IMG/VR virus record: IMGVR_UViG_2548876939_000010
DNA: 2,378 nucleotides
Origin: a virus
Lineage: Duplodnaviria; Heunggongvirae; Uroviricota; Caudoviricetes
Strand: one strand, 5' to 3'
In this document: positions 1 through 2,378 of the stretch, in pieces
How positions within the stretch are numbered: the stretch's first letter is position 1
How the letters are laid out: each line of letters starts with the position of its first letter
The notes under the pieces: generated by a model
Told to the model about the DNA's origin: nothing
What the model saw: only the letters and a program-made list of their open reading frames with translations
The model's database searches: none
Program-made: the position numbers and the translations under genes

Positions 1-231
1 TCAGGAGTGATTTTCATTGTTCAACCGCCCCGCCCGCTTCGTCTTACGATATTCATCATAAACTTTGGGATCATACTGAAGCTCCCCGCCAGATGCCTCC
101 TGTAGACGCATCGCGCGACCTTCGGGAACTAAATCCCCTTTCCAGCTATAAAGCGAAGCCAAACGAATACCTGCTGCTTGTGCAAGTTTTGTTTTTGAAC
201 CGAAATACAAAAGAGCGTCAGTTTTAAGCAT
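1..231 (-). CDS. dicC: DicC, small Cro-like regulator (76 aa) of the prophage division-control switch
   Basis: Complete minus-strand ORF: ATG is the complement of 229-231, stop TGA is the complement of 1-3. The translation MLKTDALLYFGSKTKLAQAAGIRLASLYSWKGDL... matches E. coli DicC as I recall it. A Shine-Dalgarno AAGGTG (complement of 238-243) lies 6 nt upstream of the ATG. It is divergent from dicA, as in lambdoid immunity regions. Confidence 0.9.
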   Translation of the reverse strand: MLKTDALLYFGSKTKLAQAAGIRLASLYSWKGDLVPEGRAMRLQEASGGELQYDPKVYDEYRKTKRAGRLNNENHS

Positions 232-245
232 TTAAAACACCTTTA

Positions 246-265
246 TTGTTAGCCATGACTAACAA
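246..265. promoter_or_regulatory. Operator-like inverted repeat TTGTTAG-CCATGA-CTAACAA in the dicC-dicA intergenic region (candidate DicA/DicC operator)
   Basis: Seen directly: 7-bp perfect arms (246-252 and 259-265) around a 6-bp centre. It shares the core TGTTAGCCATG with the sites at 757-772 and 795-808 and overlaps the -10/start region of the putative dicC promoter. Confidence 0.5.
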
Positions 266-292
266 AATAGATGTTAACAAAAACATAGTCAA
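264..292 (-). promoter_or_regulatory. Putative sigma70-type promoter for dicC
   Basis: Read on the minus strand: TTGACT (complement of 287-292), a 17-nt spacer, then TATTTT (complement of 264-269). The predicted transcript start sits inside the operator-like palindrome and is followed by the dicC Shine-Dalgarno and ATG. Motif match only; not experimentally anchored. Confidence 0.4.
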
Positions 293-314
293 TACGATTT
301 AGCATTAGCTAACT

Positions 315-722
315 ATGGAAACAAAAAATTTAACTATCGGCGAACGCATTAGGTATCGTCGGAAAAACCTCAAACACACCCAAAGGTCTCTTGCTAAAGC
401 CCTGAAAATCTCCCATGTGTCTGTATCACAATGGGAACGGGATGATAGTGAACCTACAGGGAAGAACCTTTTTGCCCTCAGCAAAGTATTGCAATGCTCA
501 CCAACATGGATTCTATTTGGCGATGAAGACAAGCAACCAACACCACCTGTTGAGAAGCCAGTTGCCTTATCCCCCAAAGAACTAGAGCTCCTTGAGCTGT
601 TTAATGCACTGCCAGAATCAGAACAGGATACCCAGCTCGCCGAAATGCGAGCTCGAGTAAAAAACTTCAATAAACTCTTTGAAGAATTACTAAAAGCCCG
701 TCAGCGGACAAATAAAAGATAA
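315..722 (+). CDS. dicA: DicA, HTH (XRE/cI-like) repressor of the dicB operon, 135 aa
   Basis: ORF 315-722 translates to METKNLTIGERIRYRRKNLKHTQRSLAKALKISHVSVSQWERDD..., with a classic N-terminal helix-turn-helix signature (QRSLAKALKISHVSVSQWE). It matches E. coli DicA as I recall it in length and sequence. No alternative in-frame start preserves the HTH. Confidence 0.92.
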   Translation: METKNLTIGERIRYRRKNLKHTQRSLAKALKISHVSVSQWERDDSEPTGKNLFALSKVLQCSPTWILFGDEDKQPTPPVEKPVALSPKELELLELFNALPESEQDTQLAEMRARVKNFNKLFEELLKARQRTNKR

Positions 723-756
723 CATCATCAATGAGTTATCTTTTACCACATCAATC

Positions 757-772
757 ATGTTAGCCATAACAT
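757..772. promoter_or_regulatory. Operator-like inverted repeat ATGTTA-GCCA-TAACAT downstream of dicA
   Basis: Seen directly: 6-bp perfect arms (757-762 and 767-772) around a 4-bp centre. It contains TGTTAGCCAT, the same core as the sites at 246-265 and 795-808. Confidence 0.4.
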
Positions 773-782
773 ACAAAATCAC

Positions 783-811
783 TTGACCTATATGTTAGCC
801 ATGGCTAATCT
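783..811 (+). promoter_or_regulatory. Putative dicB-operon promoter with operator in the spacer
   Basis: TTGACC at 783-788 (5/6 match to the -35 consensus), a 17-nt spacer, then TAATCT at 806-811 (a weak -10, 3/6). The perfect palindrome at 795-808 lies in the spacer and -10, the expected layout for a repressor-controlled promoter. The -10 assignment is uncertain. Confidence 0.35.
795..808. promoter_or_regulatory. Perfect 14-bp palindrome TTAGCCATGGCTAA (candidate DicA operator at the dicB-operon promoter)
   Basis: Seen directly: the sequence at 795-808 equals its own reverse complement and is preceded by TG, giving the TGTTAGCCATG core shared with 246-265. It sits 81 nt upstream of the ydfA start. 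Confidence 0.5.
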
Positions 812-888
812 TATTTGCATCAACACACCGCACGGTGTTCTCAGCAAACAGTTCCGCTACCCCGGCGTTAAGGGGAAATGAGGTCAAC

Positions 889-1044
889 ATGGATACTATC
901 GATCTTGGCAACAGCGAATCTCTGGTATGTGGCGTGTTCCCCAACCAGGACGGTACGTTCACCGCGATGACGTATACCAAAAGCAAAACGTTTAAAACCG
1001 AATCTGGAGCGCGTCGCTGGCTGGAAAGAAATTCAGGTGGGTGA
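889..1044 (+). CDS. ydfA: YdfA-like small protein (51 aa), first gene of the dicB operon
   Basis: ATG at 889 is preceded by GAGG at 880-883 with a 5-nt spacing. It translates to MDTIDLGNSESLVCGVFPNQDGTFTAMTYTKSKTFKTESGARRWLERNSGG with stop TGA at 1042-1044. The ORF track's GTG start at 835 has no ribosome-binding site and would add 18 unsupported residues. Length and sequence fit YdfA of the Qin prophage as I recall it. Confidence 0.8.
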   Translation: MDTIDLGNSESLVCGVFPNQDGTFTAMTYTKSKTFKTESGARRWLERNSGG

Positions 1045-1045
1045 T

Positions 1046-1174
1046 ATGGATTTCGACACAATCATGGAAAAGGCTTACGAAGAATACTTCGAAGGTCTTG
1101 CCGAAGGCGAAGAAGCTCTCAGCTTCAGCGAATTTAAACAGGCACTTTCCAGTTCGGCAAAATCTAACGGCTGA
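1046..1174 (+). CDS. ydfB: YdfB-like small protein (42 aa)
   Basis: Not in the ORF track (below its length cutoff). I translated it by hand: ATG at 1046-1048 preceded by AGGTGG at 1035-1040 with a 5-nt spacing, giving MDFDTIMEKAYEEYFEGLAEGEEALSFSEFKQALSSSAKSNG and stop TGA at 1172-1174. The start is 1 nt after the ydfA stop, suggesting translational coupling. It matches the 42-aa YdfB of K-12 as I recall it. Confidence 0.75.
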   Translation: MDFDTIMEKAYEEYFEGLAEGEEALSFSEFKQALSSSAKSNG

Positions 1175-1203
1175 TAAGCGAAACAGCACCGCGAGGAATC
1201 AGT

Positions 1204-1422
1204 ATGCAGAAACGAGAACCCGTCATCATCGCGCCAGACTATACCGATGATGAACTTTATGAGTGGATGCGCCAGAAAATTAATGCAGCGCAGGATCTGA
1301 AATGGGCCAATGAAGCCAGGGCTAAGCAGGCTGAAAATCTGTCCGCTCTGGAGCAGGATATCACTAATCTGGAAAAAGCAGCGACATTAAGCATTGCCAG
1401 AATGATTACATACCCGCGTTAA
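1204..1422 (+). CDS. ydfC: YdfC-like protein (72 aa), function unknown
   Basis: ATG at 1204 is preceded by GAGGA at 1193-1197 with a 6-nt spacing. It translates to MQKREPVIIAPDYTDDELYEWMRQKINAAQDLKWANEARAKQAENLSALEQDITNLEKAATLSIARMITYPR with stop TAA at 1420-1422. Length and position fit ydfC of the dicB operon. Confidence 0.85.
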   Translation: MQKREPVIIAPDYTDDELYEWMRQKINAAQDLKWANEARAKQAENLSALEQDITNLEKAATLSIARMITYPR

Positions 1423-1701
1423 TAGCTAACCAACGAAGCTAAGGTTGGTAATTAAGGAGTTCTCCACGGATGAGGTGGAGTGCGTGCGCCGGACACGGGT
1501 GAGCATCCGGCACTGACAGTTTACTGAAAGGATATTTCCCTGAAAAGTCAGACCATAACGCGAAAGCGCACGGCGAGGTAGCTGGTTCATAGATAGCCTG
1601 TCGTTAAATTTTCGTCGACCGTGCGCTTCCGGTTGTGGCAATCCGCGAAATGGCGCGGCGGTAAGTATGGCGGGGTTATTCCTTCCCCCGTTGAGGACAC
1701 C

Positions 1702-1738
1702 GGGTTGTCAGGTTGACCATACGCTTAAGTGACAACCC
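1702..1738 (+). other. Strong RNA stem-loop (9-bp perfect inverted repeat GGGTTGTCA / TGACAACCC, 19-nt loop) about 25 nt upstream of the DicF 5' end
   Basis: Seen directly: 1702-1710 is the exact reverse complement of 1730-1738. It lies in the untranslated ydfC-dicF spacer, which is expected to be part of the DicF precursor. Confidence 0.5.
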
Positions 1739-1763
1739 CGCTGCAACGCCCTCTGTTATCAAT

Positions 1764-1816
1764 ATTCTGGTGACATTTGGCGGTATCAGTTTTACTCCGT
1801 GACTGCTCTGCCGCCC
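1764..1816 (+). ncRNA. dicF: DicF small regulatory RNA (about 53 nt; antisense inhibitor of ftsZ translation)
   Basis: The sequence ATTCTGGTGACATTTGGCGGTATCAGTTTTACTCCGTGACTGCTCTGCCGCCC followed by a TTTTTT run is near-identical to DicF RNA as I recall it, with at most a couple of substitutions. It lies between ydfC and dicB, as in the K-12 operon. The ends are defined by processing and termination, so the boundaries are approximate to a few nt. Confidence 0.85.
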
Positions 1817-1822
1817 TTTTTT
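1779..1822 (+). terminator. Intrinsic (Rho-independent) terminator forming the DicF 3' end
   Basis: GGCGG at 1779-1783 pairs with CCGCC at 1811-1815, with inner pairing CAGT at 1787-1790 against ACTG at 1802-1805. A T6 run follows at 1817-1822. It must be leaky, because dicB and ydfD lie downstream in the same operon. Confidence 0.6.
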
Positions 1823-1827
1823 AAAAG

Positions 1828-1984
1828 TGAATTTTGTGATGCGGTGAATGCGGCTCAGCGCACGCGGAACAGTTAAATCGGTAAAGCGGTCATTTGCTGA
1901 GTAACGAGAATGCTCTGTATCCGGCGTTAATTGTTAACTGGTTAACGTCACCTGGAGGCACCAGGCACCGCATCACAAAATTCA
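1828..1984 (+). repeat. Long-range 19-bp perfect inverted repeat (arms 1828-1846 and 1966-1984) bracketing the dicF-dicB spacer; candidate RNase III-type duplex
   Basis: Seen directly: TGAATTTTGTGATGCGGTG (1828-1846) is the exact reverse complement of CACCGCATCACAAAATTCA (1966-1984). In RNA it extends to 21 bp with a G-U and an A-U pair (1826-1827 with 1985-1986). The upstream arm starts 6 nt after the DicF T-run; the downstream arm ends 5 nt before the dicB Shine-Dalgarno. Confidence 0.6.
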
Positions 1985-2001
1985 TTGTTGAGGACGCGAT
2001 A

Positions 2002-2190
2002 ATGGAAAAGTTATCATGTAATGCCAGCACGTCTGAACTTCGTTTCGAAATTGGCGTTATCACTGGAGACAAAACATTTATTGAAGACGCCATTAAGCAG
2101 AGAAAACTCGAGCAGGACCTGTTAAATGAAGTATGCATTCCTTCAATGCTGGCTCGTCTGGACCTGCTGCAAAAAGGATATAAACAATGA
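2002..2190 (+). CDS. dicB: DicB-family cell-division inhibitor (62 aa; MinC-dependent inhibitor of FtsZ ring formation)
   Basis: ATG at 2002 is preceded by GAGGA at 1990-1994 with a 7-nt spacing. It translates to MEKLSCNASTSELRFEIGVITGDKTFIEDAIKQRKLEQDLLNEVCIPSMLARLDLLQKGYKQ with stop TGA at 2188-2190. It has the same 62-aa length and operon position as K-12 DicB and shares recognisable blocks (FEIGV, EDAI, RK, LLN, SMLARL, KG..Q), but appears substantially divergent. The ORF track's upstream TTG extension from 1894 has no ribosome-binding site and is rejected. Confidence 0.8.
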   Translation: MEKLSCNASTSELRFEIGVITGDKTFIEDAIKQRKLEQDLLNEVCIPSMLARLDLLQKGYKQ

Positions 2191-2378
2191 ATACAACATT
2201 TGCACTCGTTCTGACAGTTTATCTTGTTTCCGGCGAATCTCTTGAGCTGGTGACTGGCTTATACGGTTCAATGAAAGAATGCATGGCTGCAGCAGCAGAA
2301 CAAAAAATTCCCGGTAACTGTTATCCGGTAGATAAAACTACTCACACTAATAATAACGAAATACCGGCAGGACTTTAA
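2187..2378 (+). CDS. ydfD: YdfD-like small protein (63 aa) with a hydrophobic N-terminal segment; K-12 YdfD is reported to be lytic when overexpressed
   Basis: ATG at 2187-2189 overlaps the dicB stop at 2188-2190 (ATGA), with AAGGA at 2174-2178 upstream. It translates to MNTTFALVLTVYLVSGESLELVTGLYGSMKECMAAAAEQKIPGNCYPVDKTTHTNNNEIPAGL with stop TAA at 2376-2378. The N-terminus TFALVLTVYLVSG is consistent with a membrane-associated segment. It sits at the position of ydfD in the K-12 dicB operon. Confidence 0.8.
   Translation: MNTTFALVLTVYLVSGESLELVTGLYGSMKECMAAAAEQKIPGNCYPVDKTTHTNNNEIPAGL

Noticed and set aside
305-670. Minus-strand 121-aa ORF from the track
   Set aside because: Entirely antisense to dicA, whose HTH-repressor translation is clearly the real gene. 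No ribosome-binding site, and a low-complexity serine/cysteine-rich product typical of antisense frames.
835-888. N-terminal extension of ydfA from the GTG at 835 (track ORF 835-1044)
   Set aside because: No ribosome-binding site before 835, and it would begin inside the putative promoter/operator. The ATG at 889 has GAGG at the correct spacing and gives the expected 51-aa product.
795-1061. Minus-strand 88-aa ORF
   Set aside because: Antisense to ydfA and the promoter/operator region; no Shine-Dalgarno. The plus-strand ydfA has a good ribosome-binding site and fits the known operon.
992-1189. Minus-strand 65-aa ORF
   Set aside because: Antisense to ydfB and the ydfA 3' end; no ribosome-binding site; explained by the plus-strand genes.
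1041-1250. Plus-strand 69-aa ORF starting at GTG 1041
   Set aside because: Out of frame with, and overlapping, both ydfB and ydfC. Its GTG start overlaps the ydfA stop, there is no ribosome-binding site, and the product is highly basic and low-complexity. The real genes here are ydfB (1046-1174) and ydfC (1204-1422).
1426-1641. Minus-strand 71-aa ORF in the ydfC-dicF spacer
   Set aside because: Starts with TTG and has no Shine-Dalgarno. It lies antisense within a GC-rich structured region that is better explained as a DicF precursor. Arginine-rich composition is typical of a spurious frame in GC-rich DNA.
1894-2001. Upstream in-frame extension of dicB from TTG at 1894 (track ORF 1894-2190, 98 aa)
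   Set aside because: No ribosome-binding site at 1894. The extension would be translated through the downstream arm of the long-range duplex. The ATG at 2002 has a GAGGA Shine-Dalgarno and yields the canonical 62-aa DicB length.
1890-2138. Minus-strand 82-aa ORF
   Set aside because: Antisense to dicB; no ribosome-binding site; explained by plus-strand dicB.
1-2378. CRISPR array, insertion sequence, integron or tRNA/rRNA gene
   Set aside because: No spaced direct repeats, no terminal inverted repeats flanking a transposase-like ORF, and no cloverleaf-like or rRNA-like segments seen. The only structured RNA is DicF and its precursor hairpins.
1-2378. A novel toxin-antitoxin or anti-phage defence cassette
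   Set aside because: All small ORFs with credible ribosome-binding sites correspond to the known dicB operon genes in the known order. DicB and YdfD are toxic or phage-excluding, but this is a described property of this locus and not evidence for a new system in this window.

Overview
This 2,378-bp window reads as the complete cell-division-inhibition (dicB) locus of a Qin-like lambdoid cryptic prophage of E. coli or a close relative. I recognised it from the translated ORFs and from memory of the K-12 locus; no database search was possible. Left to right: dicC (minus strand, 1-231) is divergent from dicA (315-722), with an AT-rich switch region carrying repeated TGTTAGCCAT operator-like palindromes. 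The dicB operon follows on the plus strand: ydfA (889-1044), ydfB (1046-1174, absent from the ORF track because it is only 42 codons), ydfC (1204-1422), a 341-nt structured untranslated spacer, the DicF small RNA (about 1764-1816) with its intrinsic terminator, dicB (2002-2190) and ydfD (2187-2378). A 19-bp perfect long-range inverted repeat brackets the dicF-dicB spacer. The window starts exactly at the dicC stop and ends exactly at the ydfD stop. I do not see an undescribed system: every substantial ORF is explained by this known locus. What deserves a second look is regulatory and RNA-level: the operator layout, a probable RNase III-type duplex, the apparent absence of a Shine-Dalgarno for dicA, the structured precursor spacer, and a DicB that looks divergent from the K-12 form as I remember it. 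All other minus-strand or out-of-frame ORFs in the track are judged spurious.
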